Assembly (NCBI GenBank): GCA_937625935.1
Contig: OW569364.1
Coordinates: 186,001-250,000, forward strand
Length of the DNA stretch: 64,000 bases
Reading direction: 5' to 3'
Origin: Tetramitus jugosus
Lineage: Eukaryota; Protista; Heterolobosea
The notes under the pieces were generated by a model, which was given only the letters and a program-made list of their open reading frames with translations, was not told where the DNA came from and did not search any database. This document shows, piece after piece, positions 32,350 through 43,667 of this stretch (position 1 is the stretch's first letter; each line of letters starts with the position of its first letter). The position numbers and the translations under genes are program-made.

Positions 32350-32870
32350 ATTTACGATTTTCTCCTTTGAGACGTCGGGCGAAAATTTAGTATCTCGAAA
32401 TGTCCTGTTGTTCAGTGGTTATTACAAGAGTATGTTGTTTACTTGTGTGTGAAACTTCAGACAGCTCTTGTGAACCTTGATGGATTGTGGCGACCTTGTG
32501 TTTGTTGTTGCAGATCACGGAATCTTCATTTCCGACGTTTCACCGCCAACCTTTCAACGTTAAATTGTAAAGTCCAGTTGACCAAAATTTCACCGGTCTT
32601 GAGAAGACAGTCGCATCAAAACAAACAAGTTCGCATCATTATATATTGAGTCAAACGGTATGTTATCCAACGCTGTTTGTTTGTTGCTCTGTGGGGTGTG
32701 GATCTTGTACTTTTGCTGATGACATTCATCATCAAACTTTGTGTCGCAAATCATCAATCCCCACCATCCCAAAAAAAAAGGTTCTCTCGATCTAACACAC
32801 CGAATTTTTTTGCTACAAAAAAACACAAACACAACAACAAAAACATTATCAATAAAAAAATAGAAACAAA

Positions 32871-33779
32871 ATGAGTCAAGTTGAAGATCAAAGAGAAGAC
32901 AATGTGTTCATGGCCAAGTTGGCTGAACAAGCTGAGAGATACGACGGTAAGTTATTTATAGCATAAAGCTCTCTTCACTCGCTTCTGAGGTTGCTTCCCA
33001 TCAAAGTACCTCAGTTTTTATGTGAGCTCTTGACTGACAATACTTTTTTTTTTCTATTTCTCTCTATAGAAATGGTTGAGGCAATGAAGGCTGTTGCAAA
33101 GATGGATATTGAATTGACCGTTGAAGAAAGAAATTTGTTGTCTGTTGCCTATAAAAACGTCATTGGTGCCAGACGTGCCTCATGGAGAATTATCTCATCC
33201 ATTGAGCAAAAGGAAGAAAATAAGGGTAACGACCACCATGTTCAAAAGATCAGAAGCTACAGAGCTAAGGTTGAGGCTGAATTGATGGGCATCTGTCAAG
33301 ACATTTTGAATATTTTGGATGAACATTTGATTCCTTCCAGCAAGTCTGGTGAATCCAAGGTCTTCCACTACAAGATGAAGGGGGATTATCACAGATACAT
33401 GGCTGAATTCACTGTTGGTGATGAGAGAAAGAAAGCAGCAAACAACTCTTTGAGCGCATACCAAAGTGCTTCTGATATTGCTAATGCTGAGTTGGCTTCC
33501 ACCCATCCAATCCGTCTTGGTTTGGCTCTGAACTTCTCTGTCTTCTACTATGAAATCTTGAACTCCCCAGAAAGAGCATGTCAACTCGCCAAGCATGCCT
33601 TTGATGATGCTATCGCTGATCTTGACACATTGACCGAAGAATCATACAAAGATTCAACTCTTATCCTGCAATTGTTGAGAGACAACTTGACCCTTTGGAC
33701 ATCTGATATGCAAGGTGAAGGTGATGACAAGGTTGGTGACGTTAAGGTTGAAGACATTGACCAAGAAGACGACGCTTAA
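32871..33779 (+). CDS. 14-3-3 protein, 2 exons (32871-32946, 33070-33779)
   Basis: [12 protein letters not shown]|EMV across intron 32947-33069 (GTAAGT..TAG); [38 protein letters not shown]. Confidence 0.98.
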
Positions 33780-33897
33780 TCGCGCATTTGTAACTCATCC
33801 TACACTCTTAAAAAAATACACTAAATGCTTTTCTGTACACAGATTCGACTTGTTTATTCTGATATCGAATATTGATAAGATTAGCTCATCATTACTC

Positions 33898-34512
33898 TCA
33901 TATTGATTCCTCTGTGGAGTGTGGTCGTTCATTGCACAGTGGACACTTCTTTGACTGAGACCACCAACGAAACAAACAATCCTCGTGGAAGTTGTGTTTG
34001 CATGCCCTGATTTGTCGAATAGATGACTTCATCTTTCGCCAGCAAATGGGACACCTTTGTGAAGAGTCGACAACGGGGTTTACGGAGAGACACAATTCTT
34101 CCATTTGAGGTTGTGTCAGTCCTACCTTTACATCCTCCAGTTCGACAAGAGCTTCATAGGACATGTCGGGCCATTCTTGTCCGCCAGCATCTACAGTGTC
34201 CTCTGAACCTCTGTTTGACTGATGTTCCCGGAGAGAACGAGCTAAGGCAAGGGCCATTTGGGCACTGTCAAATTCGCTGTTATTGTGTCTCTGTTCAAGA
34301 AGAATTGGCATGTTCTCGTGGTTATCGATTCTCTGTTCGTCCTGAAGCTGTAAGGCGAATCGGTGGTCCGTACTTTCAGACGGACCAGCTCGGGTTTGTG
34401 ACCTTTCAAAATGGACAATTATTCTTCTACTCGTTGAGCCATTAGAGCTAACCAATCGATTGTTGCTCTCATTTTGAAAAGTCTCATACCTGGTTGCTCG
34501 AGCTCTCCTCAT
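33898..34512 (-). CDS. RING-H2 E3 ubiquitin ligase
   Basis: CPIC...CKHNFHEDC...W...CPLC (C3H2C3); upstream DMSYEALVELE motif and UIM-like QMALALARSL. Confidence 0.85.
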   Translation of the reverse strand: MRRARATRYETFQNESNNRLVSSNGSTSRRIIVHFERSQTRAGPSESTDHRFALQLQDEQRIDNHENMPILLEQRHNNSEFDSAQMALALARSLREHQSNRGSEDTVDAGGQEWPDMSYEALVELEDVKVGLTQPQMEELCLSVNPVVDSSQRCPICWRKMKSSIRQIRACKHNFHEDCLFRWWSQSKKCPLCNERPHSTEESI

Positions 34513-34544
34513 CTCGCCCGTGCGACGAATTTATTTCTATTTAT

Positions 34545-36346
34545 TTACTCGAAAAAGGAGTTGATATCGTCGGCACTTGATTTCGATTGTTGTGTAGAGT
34601 CAGCATCAGGCGTCACCTTTCTCCGTCTGGCAAGAGCAGCAAATCCTGCTCCTTCATTGTTGAGATTATTGTTGGAGGAAGGATACAGAGATTGTGGTGA
34701 CTCTTGCATCGTCTCACTTCTTGGTGTAAACAACCTGGATGGTTGTTGTTGAGTTTGTGGTCCAATATCGAATGGATTGGGCTCTGCTTGTGTCGAATCA
34801 GAAACTGGACTAAATGGATTGGGAGAGGAAGCAAAGGAAGCATTCTGCTGAGGATTCTTTCTTCTGGCGAGAGCAGCAAATCCACCACCACTGCTGCGGT
34901 CTGAACTTGAACCTTGTTGAGCGTTGTGAATCTCTTGTTGCATCATATCCATACCAAACGGATCATCATAGTTGGATGATTGCTGCTGAGACTGTGGAGG
35001 AGCGGACAAGAAATCGTCCAATGACATGGTTTCTGCACCCTGTCTCGACGTCTCCACAATAGGACTATTGACATGACCTTTGCCCTTGAATCTAGTGGTA
35101 GATGCAGGAGCTGCAACAGGTGTGTCAAAGAACAGATCCATATCGTCAATCAAATTAGTACTACTCTGAGTAGTAGTAGTTGCTGCGGGATGATCAAGTG
35201 GAGAAGATGTCGACATGGTATCACTCGGCATATTCTTCTCACCCGTCTTCAAATAATGTTCATAGCAGTCCAGCACGGCAAACAAGTGCTCATGAACTTC
35301 CAATGTTCTCATCAATAGTGACTCATCTGGTATCTGATCAATCAGAGCAACCAATCTTCGATTCATTTCTTGCATATTGACATGAATTTGCTGTGCAGCA
35401 TCATCCTTTCTCAACGATTGCACCGAGACTGCATTTTGAATAAACTGAATCATCAGTGTACAATTATCGAGAACCACTGTCAAATCGTTTTGAATGCGAT
35501 CAGTCTTTGATCGCTTGGATGACGCTTGACTCTTTTGCTTTGGCGATGGTCTTGTTGATGCTTGACTCTGTTGCTTGTCATCAAAATGATGAAAGGTTAG
35601 CGATGATGCTGGTGGTGGCGATGGAGATTTCTGTTGTTGAGAGGGTGGTGATGATGGACTAGTGCTGTACAATTGATTGCTCGTGCCAGTCGTAGCTGCT
35701 CTGTACAGTGATGGATACTCTCTCTTCCATGCCTCACTCATCTCCTCCCACTTTTCAACGACAGACGAGTCAGAATCGTTCTTGAGCATTGAATCCAACT
35801 GGTTCATTGTTGGTTGACGAATGAGTGCATTCTGAAAGAATTGATTACTATTCTTGACACATGCATCCAATAGCTATTCAATCCAGTCCAATCCAATCCA
35901 ATCCATACAAGTACAACAAGTGTGAGTTTGTTCGTCATGACACAGAACAACAAAGTATAACTACTATGAATGAATGAATGAATGAATGAAATGACATACA
36001 GCAACAGAAAAGTATCGAGTCTTTGGATGTGGATGAGAAATTGTTGAAAAGATTTGATGCACTACAGTTGCACATCTATTTTGTCAAGTGCAGTTTCATC
36101 AGTCATCAGTCATCAGTCATCAATCGATACATACAGATCACACATTTATAGGTGATCAATCAACAAGTGTTAAACAACAATTGTTCGCACAACTATACAC
36201 ACACACAAGTACGATTGCATGACATACGTTTCATCTGGTTTCTGTGCCATGAGATCACAAATTTGAAGAATAGAGTCCCAATCTTCATACTCGTTTTTTG
36301 GGTTGGTCACTTTTTGGACCAAGACAGAGACTTTTGAATTGCTCAT
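34545..36346 (-). CDS. TOM1-like VHS-GAT protein, 3 exons (36346-36228, 36075-36000, 35873-34545)
   Basis: Spliced N-terminus MSNSKVSVLVQKVTNPKNEYEDWDSILQICD...LLDACVKN is a VHS domain; GAT-like DESLLMRTLEVHEHL; NPF/DPF motifs. Introns 36227-36076 and 35999-35874, both GTATGT..TAG. Confidence 0.88.
35881..35990. repeat. Intronic microsatellites (TCCAA)n and (TGAA)n
   Basis: Visible tandem repeats inside intron 2 of the TOM1-like gene. Confidence 0.85.
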
Positions 36347-36499
36347 ATTATTGATGTTTTGTTGGTTGATGTTTAATGTTGTTGTTGTTGTTGATATATA
36401 GTTGCACTCTGTTCTTGTTGTTGTTTCTTTCGATGAGCAGCTTGGAACTTTTTTGCGGCTGAAAAAGCATTGGCGATATCGGGAATAAGCTATTTTTGT

Positions 36500-37866
36500 T
36501 TATTCTGCTTGGTGTTGTTGGATTGGTTGTGTTTTTGTTGTGTTGTTGTCCATAATGTATTGTGTGGCTTGTGCGAGACCACCCATGCGTTCTACAATCT
36601 CAATAAATGGCTCTATGTCCATACTGAATGGAATGGCACCTGTTGATAGCTGTTTCGATAGATAATCATAGACTTTAAGCACTGAGGGACTAAATGGCTT
36701 TTCCTTATATTTGACACTCAGTTCGTTGACCAGGTTAGCAGGTAGGAAATCTCGTGATTTTTGCTTAATGTTGTCACGAATGTTGGCTTGATACTCAGCC
36801 AACTTTTCTGACATGATTGAAAACTCTTTCTGTTTCCATTGTGATATCCGAGTTGCGACATGTTCGTCGTATTCGTGATTCAACTCCTGTATTTGACGAT
36901 ATTGCTCTGCATCAAACTTTTTCTCATACGTTTCATTAAACTGAGTTTCGAACTGTGAAAAAACATCATTCTGAGTCAACTCAGAGTGCATATGTGGATA
37001 GAGCTTGGAATACCGGAAATCATTTTGCTTGTTTGTGATACTAGGATGATCCAAGTTAATTGTCCGTACAGTAGGGTCAGGAGTAGCTCCATAGCCACCA
37101 CATGAATTGACAATCAATGGTTCAGCAGGTGCCAGTACAGGTCTCTGACAGTATCTTGGATATCCGAGCATCAATTTGATATAATCATCTGGCAACCAAC
37201 CATTCACTTGACATAGCACAGACGACATCATGTTTCTGATTTGATTGTAGACAAATGAATTGGCAACAATTTGAACCAGCAAGTACTTTTCTCCGCCCAA
37301 TTCGATCACTTCCTCTCCTTCAAACTTGTAAATAAATCTTGACATGTTTGACAAAACCTTTGTGGCATGCAACTTTTGATATGCTGCCACTCTTTCTTCC
37401 TTTGACTTTAGTTGAATGACGGATTCGAACATGAGACCTGTTACTTTTTCACTCGGAAAGTCCTTCAAGCTCGCAAAATTAGTGTGACATGATTATTGTG
37501 ATGCATTTCATTTCCAAACTCTTCATCACCATCATTTTCATCGCATCTATGGGACATGACCTTTTCTGCCAACTGTTTTTCCACTTCTAGTTTCAAGCTA
37601 AACACAGAACACAGTGAATGAACCTTCTTGTCTGTTCGAGAGCTACGAGAGAGTTGAACCTTGGATGGATCATGCTTGTTTGACTCGGATATTAAATTGG
37701 ATTTGTGTAGAGCGTACAATAGTGATCCTTCGACTGTGCTGTTGAGTGAGAGTGTTGGTTGATATTGAGAACCGTTGAAATGAGTGCCTACGTAGCCACA
37801 AATGATGGCAAATTTTCGTTTGACATGGGATCTCGCTGTTTTGAACATGGGTTGATTGATAGTCAT
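36500..37866 (-). pseudogene. PUS1: tRNA pseudouridine synthase PUS1/TruA family, disrupted as assembled
   Basis: GYVGTHFNGSQ, SSRTDKKVHS (catalytic Asp), ANSFVYNQIRNM, LAPAEPL present; frame break near 37485 and central conserved block absent. Confidence 0.65.
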
Positions 37867-38080
37867 ATGACGTTTTAGTATAGAGTGTAGATTGCTACAG
37901 AGTTGATTGTTATGTTGTTGGAGATGCGAAAAACAAAATGCAAGTCGATTTTTCGTTCATGTCGGAAGAGGAGAATCTACCTGTCAGTAACAGTTTCTCC
38001 TCTCGTGTCAAGTGCGTTCCAAGAAACCAAAGAAAGCTCAGCAAACAACCAAATATCGAGCAACAACATCAATAAAAACA

Positions 38081-38472
38081 ATGATGAGAAAAAAGTGTGG
38101 AAGACCAGGCTCTAGTGGTCTATCGGCTCAAGTGATCAAAGACTTGGAAAGAGAAATTGCAGTCATTGGCAAACTCGTCAACTCTTCCAACGTCAGAGTC
38201 ATTCTCATTGACAGACAAAAGTACTTGTGAATCTTTGTTGTTTGTTTTGTCCAACTACATATTCATGTTGTTTCAACAATATTCACTCACACCATGGATG
38301 TATGATTAGTGAACAACCCATTTACATGAATCAAAACATGAAGGACTACTTGTCAGAGTGGAAATTAACGAGCAGTAGTAGCAGTGATTATCTCAGTAAT
38401 AGTAGTAGTAGTATTGGTAGTGGAACATCGAGTGGAAGTTTCTCTGGTGTTGTACCGAATTTCAACAATAAT

Positions 38473-38503
<31 letters not shown>

Positions 38504-39138
38504 GCAATGGTCATTCAAGTGGAAGTTTTAGTCACACGAATAACAATAATACGAATCCTTATAGTAACAATAGTAATAGTAATAACAATAGTAGTAATAG
38601 TAAGAGTAATCGAAGTGGTGATCAACATGTGTTTGCCATCAAATTACACAACTTACAAATGACTGTCGCATCACTCGTCAGTTTCTTCCCCGAGATGAAA
38701 CAATCCAATTCGGTTCACATCAAATCCAATGTGACACTCTTTTCGTGTTATCAAGCCAAACTGGATCAACACTTTACTGTAGCATTCTTTGCACTGTACG
38801 ATAGAGATATGCAACCAATGATGAACAATCATTCTGTTGGTTTGTTGGCATCGTCTGATGAGTATGGTGGTGGTGGTGGTGGTGGAATTCATCATCATCA
38901 TCATTCACTGTCGAACAGCTCTAGTTCGTCTCCGGTGAGTGCACCGTCACCTGTGGTCGGTGGAGCAGGCACACAACTCGGTTCCATTGCGTTGCACAAT
39001 TTGGATACGAGGTTGGTCGATGTCGGTATGCAGGAAGTGCTGACGAATATGAATCTGATTATGGGTACTGCTCTGGGTATTGTACCACCGAAAGAGGATG
39101 GCAGCAGCAAGACATCTGAAACAACAACATCAAAATAA
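38081..39138 (+). CDS. Hypothetical protein, possible Roadblock/longin-like fold with Asn/Ser/Gly/His insertions; 2 exons (38081-38220, 38310-39138)
   Basis: Intron 38221-38309 (GTACTT..TAG) fuses the two listed ORFs in frame (IDRQN|EQPIY); fold call is speculative. Confidence 0.65.
38464..38502 (+). repeat. Coding (AAC/AAT)n repeat (poly-Asn)
   Basis: Visible trinucleotide run. Confidence 0.9.
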
Positions 39139-39487
39139 ACTTGTTCGTTTAATTAGTGAGCAAACAATAATTTATTGTTTTTGGATTATGATTCATACAT
39201 GATATGACTAGGGGCCTAATAACAGATCTGGGGTAGTAGTAGTAGGAGGAAAACATTCGCGATGTGTGGACTCAGCAGATATCTATATATATACAATCGA
39301 TCTCTCTTCTATCTCTCTCTCTCAAATGCATGTGATTGCTATGGTTTAAGGTGGTGCAAGTAGTATTATTGCTATGGTTAATAAATAAAAAGTTAGAGGA
39401 AAAAACGTTAGGTAACAAAAACTCAACCCGTGCTGGCTCGTGGACACACAGTTGAAAATCACTTCATCAAATAGACATGTGCTTCAT

Positions 39488-41026
39488 TCAACGAATGTGC
39501 ATAAAGCACAAGAGTCTCCTCCAGAACGAAGAAGTCGATTCACTAGCCTGATCCATCGTTTGAGTCGGTGTGCCCAGAGTGTCCTGTTGAGCCAATGGTG
39601 CATTCTTGTTGTTACTGCCGCTGTCATCTCCTCTGGACAATGGTGTCATCAGATTGTTTTCTTCATTGTAGGACGCATCAGAGTCCCTTGTGGCTGTCAA
39701 TTGACTTGCACTGTCATACCGTTTCATCAAATGAAGTCCATTGCTATTGTTGTTTGGTCCTCCTCTGAGGTTGGCATTCGGATGATGGAACCGTGCGCTC
39801 GTGGAACCATCGGTCGACGAAGACGCAGACTCCAATCTTGCTGCAGCATACGCATCAACCGATGTGAAAAACTTTCGAATCTCCATGACTTGATTCATGC
39901 TGTACTCTGGATAGGCATTCGTTGTTCCATCTTCATTCTTGTACAAAATGTCCAACAGTTCAATATCTACACGAACGACTTTCATCTCCGAAGAAGATGA
40001 AGCAGTAGATGTTGTTGTTTGAGCATCGACATCTGACGTGGAAGAAGCATCGAATACGACTCGAATCTGCCACTCGAACTGAAACAGTTGAGTAAAGGGT
40101 TGTTTTCGATCGACAGTAGGTCCATTGGCAGCCTGTATCTGATGCTTGCTATTGTACTCGTCCACAATCTTTGCATAGTCAGTTGATTTCATGTACACTT
40201 GTTCTCTTCTCTTGTGAGACACTGTGATGCACTCTTCGTCCTCTACGTGAACAAATCCATCTGCTGCATTACTCAATCGATAACTATTCTCAGTACTCGT
40301 ATTGTTATGATGATCAGTCAGACTACTACTATTGTGATTCAATGGAAAATGAATGATAATTTTCCATGCACCTCTCACGTCCTTGAAATGAATCATTTGT
40401 TTCATGAGACTGGCACGTGCACCAAACAAGACATGAATAATCACAGTTTGATGACACGCTTTCAATATTTGAGTCACCGTATCGCTCTCACCAAAATGAC
40501 TCAACAGGAATTGATTGATGGTGACATGGTCGTTCATGTTGACTTGATGATTGAACTGTGTGAATGATGGTACTTGTGCACATGTTTGAAATTTTTTCGT
40601 TGGCAATATCGATTGATGCATGTGAGCCAACAAGTGATACACAATCATGGCAAGTGCCGTTTCTTCACACTCTGATTCACTACTACTACTACTATTGTTA
40701 TTGGTGATAGCATTCGTGTCGATGGGTGTGGTTGGTGAGGCGATCGATGGAGTCGTAGGAGAAGGATAATCGTCTGATAGTATCGTGTGTGGTATCCATG
40801 ACAATTCTTGTCTGTTGACGTGCAGTGAGAATTTTTTGGCGAGACGGGGCAAGTCTTTGGACACTGGTAGAGATTGCAACGGCTTACTACATATATCCAA
40901 TATTTTTAGTTGAGCATCGCTGTAGGAACGTTGATGATTGTTGGTGTTGTTGTTGTTGTTGAGTGATGGTACATGTGGTGTTGGTGTTGTCGTTGCTGTT
41001 GTTGCTGTTGTTGTTGTTGTGGACAT
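39488..41026 (-). CDS. Hypothetical protein
   Basis: 512-aa ORF; globular blocks ILKACHQTVI, FKDVRGAWKIII, VSHKRREQ, FQFEW between low-complexity tracts recall a domain seen in amoebozoan proteins (unverified). Confidence 0.75.
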   Translation of the reverse strand: MSTTTTTATTATTTPTPHVPSLNNNNNTNNHQRSYSDAQLKILDICSKPLQSLPVSKDLPRLAKKFSLHVNRQELSWIPHTILSDDYPSPTTPSIASPTTPIDTNAITNNNSSSSSESECEETALAMIVYHLLAHMHQSILPTKKFQTCAQVPSFTQFNHQVNMNDHVTINQFLLSHFGESDTVTQILKACHQTVIIHVLFGARASLMKQMIHFKDVRGAWKIIIHFPLNHNSSSLTDHHNNTSTENSYRLSNAADGFVHVEDEECITVSHKRREQVYMKSTDYAKIVDEYNSKHQIQAANGPTVDRKQPFTQLFQFEWQIRVVFDASSTSDVDAQTTTSTASSSSEMKVVRVDIELLDILYKNEDGTTNAYPEYSMNQVMEIRKFFTSVDAYAAARLESASSSTDGSTSARFHHPNANLRGGPNNNSNGLHLMKRYDSASQLTATRDSDASYNEENNLMTPLSRGDDSGSNNKNAPLAQQDTLGTPTQTMDQASESTSSFWRRLLCFMHIR

Positions 41027-41160
41027 TTTGAATAATGGTTGTTGTTGGAGGAGGTATTTTTTTTGGTGTCACCTCTCGTTGGTGTTTGCTGCTGTTTTTT
41101 TTTGTTACTTGCTTCGGGTTTTGTTGTCGCTTCTCTCTTCTTCCCTTGTGTTGTTTGTGA

Positions 41161-41203
41161 GTGGGTGACAAAGCTGGTTGTTGTTGCTGTGTGGGTGACA
41201 AAG
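41161..41203. repeat. Direct repeat GTGGGTGACAAAG x2
   Basis: Identical 13-mers at 41161 and 41191 in the divergent spacer upstream of RAD21. Confidence 0.85.
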
Positions 41204-41592
41204 AACAATGGGTTGCGGGTATTCGAGCGATGACGTTTGTTGTGTGCCCGTGGAAAAACTGGCAAGGCGAAATTTTTTGCTGCTTCTACAAACATTGCTT
41301 GCGCCACAGTTTCACTTACTTTGACTCAAGGAACGGCTGATGTATTGTTCCGCCATCTGTGATTGGTGACGCGAGTGTCGTTGACAATTTTCCCCGTTTG
41401 ATGATACCCCTCTTCCGATTGAAAGTTCAATCACAAGAAAATCCGTTACTCAAAAAACTCGAAATTTGGCCAAAGAGAAAATTTTGACGAAAACTCCGTT
41501 TTGTGAACTGGAAAACAAAAAAGGACTCTAGAGCACAATAAATATACTTACAACGATCGTAGTAATCAAACGAACTCCACAACAACAACAAC

Positions 41593-43497
41593 ATGTTCTA
41601 CTCAGAGTTTGTTCTGACCAAAAAGGGTCCATTTGCCAAGATTTGGCTTGCTGCTCATTGGGATAGAAGATTGACAAAGAATCAAATTACAGACACAGAT
41701 ATTAAGGATGCTGTCAAGGGTATTATTCAACCTGTTGTACCATTGGCATTGCGTACATCTGGTCATTTGCTGTTGGGTGTCGTCAAAATTTATTCCAGAA
41801 AAGTCAAGTACGTGTTGGCTGATTGTAATGAAACGTTGACACGAATCAAGTTGGTATGTGCACAGTCCTTTACACACAGATAGGAAAAATTGCGATATCC
41901 TTGTTGTTGATCTGACACTCTTTGAAACATTGTTTCTTGTTTTTGAATCAATGATTCACACACACATGTAATCATCACTTATTAGCAAGTTGTTCCTGAG
42001 ACCAAAGTCGATTTGCCAGAGAGATCTCTCATGGCCAACATTAATGCCATTACTCTCCCAGAGAGAGTATCCGAGTTGGATCTCATTATTCCAGAGTACG
42101 ATCTATCAACACTCATGACAACAGCTGGTGGAGTATCTGGATTTATTGCTGACACTGTTGAAGAAGAGGAGGAAGAAATTGGAAGAGGAAGATTGTTTGC
42201 CAGAATGCAAGATATCACATTGGACGATTTTGATAATTGGTACGCAGAGGATGAATCTGTGGGAATGCCTTCCTTCACTGCACCGTTTGGTCTCACTCAG
42301 ACTCCTGCTGAAACTGTGCGTCCTACACCTACTACTGCACCAACACCTGCTTCTGTTGACCAATTGAGAAGAGCTGCTCCAACATTTGGTGAACAAGAAG
42401 TATTTACAACTGGTATTGCTTTCCCCATGCCTGGAACGGAGGAAGAGTTTATGGGAATGGGTGCCGAAGTTGGCTTTGGCGGAGAAGAATACCTTCCAAC
42501 CTCACCTCGACGAGAGGAGGTTTCCCGACTGAGCACTGCCATCTCAGAAATTGGTACACCTTTTGTGACACCAATCACCGGTGCACCTACCGAGGAGGTT
42601 GCAAGAGTCGAGGCTGAGGTACCACGTCCACAAAAGAGACCTCGTGGTGTTCAGATCGATGCCAGGATAGAAATTGCTCCAAAGAGATACAAGGCAACTC
42701 TTACTCAAGCACCTCTTAGAGAGACGCGATCTGCTCCTAAGACTCCGGCCGAGTTGGAAGCACTTCACAATGCATCAATTGATGCTCTACCAAGTCTTCA
42801 AGATTTGATGTCACAACCTGCAAGTGGTGCTGATCTGCCTGCTTCATTCCTTACTGTCTTCAGAAGAAACCTGGAGCAAATCAATGTTAGACAGGCCGTA
42901 CCACCTGTTGAAATACCTAGAGAGGCTGCTGAAATTCAACCAGAGTTCTTCCCTGAACATGAATTTGGTGCCGAAGCAGGCTTAACTGGATTCGAAGAGT
43001 TTGAAGAGTTCCCACCTACTGAAAGACGAATTTCTACAATGCCTTCTCCGATCTCAACCGTCGAGGATGATATCGATGATATCATTATTGATGCGTATAG
43101 AACACCTGAGCAACGATCGAGAGTGTCAACTGCTTTGGGTACCCAGGAGGCAGCTCCACTGATATCAGAGGCGGAGAGGACTAAGATCATCGAAGAGGAG
43201 TTGGAAAGAGAGCGTGAGTTAAGAGAGAAGAGCAAGAGAGATCAGGAAGAACTCAGAAGAACATACACGGACAAGTCGATGACCGAGAGAACACTCAAGG
43301 TGATGAACATCTTCAACGAAACCTTCAAAACACAGAGTGAGATCGACTTGAATAAGATGGTGGCGGGCAAGAAGAGAATTACAGCAGCCAGATGCTTCTA
43401 CGAGGTGCTTGTTTTGAAAACAAAGAACTTTGTCGATGTCAAACAAGACGCACCGTACGCTGACATCACGATCACAAAGTCTGCCATATCCGTGTAA
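41593..43497 (+). CDS. RAD21: Cohesin kleisin RAD21/Scc1, 2 exons (41593-41853, 41986-43497)
   Basis: MFYS...[32 protein letters not shown]; C-terminal [22 protein letters not shown]; intron 41854-41985 GTATGT..TAG; ExxR separase-like sites. Confidence 0.95.
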
Positions 43498-43667
43498 GTC
43501 CCAAGCGACCACAAACGATCTACATGTACAAAATAAACAGTAACCTTATTCCTTTTTGAGTGTGATTCGCGTTCTACGGTTCTGCCGTTTTGTCCAAGAA
43601 AAACAGGAACAAGTCGATTCGACCTTGACTACTGTAGAGTACAGTTTTTCTTCGACAAAACGGCAGA

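Noticed and set aside
37464-37489. 26-nt GT-AG mini-intron that would restore the PUS1 frame
   Set aside because: Donor GTCACA does not fit the local consensus, it would remove the TNFAS motif, and the central block would still be missing.
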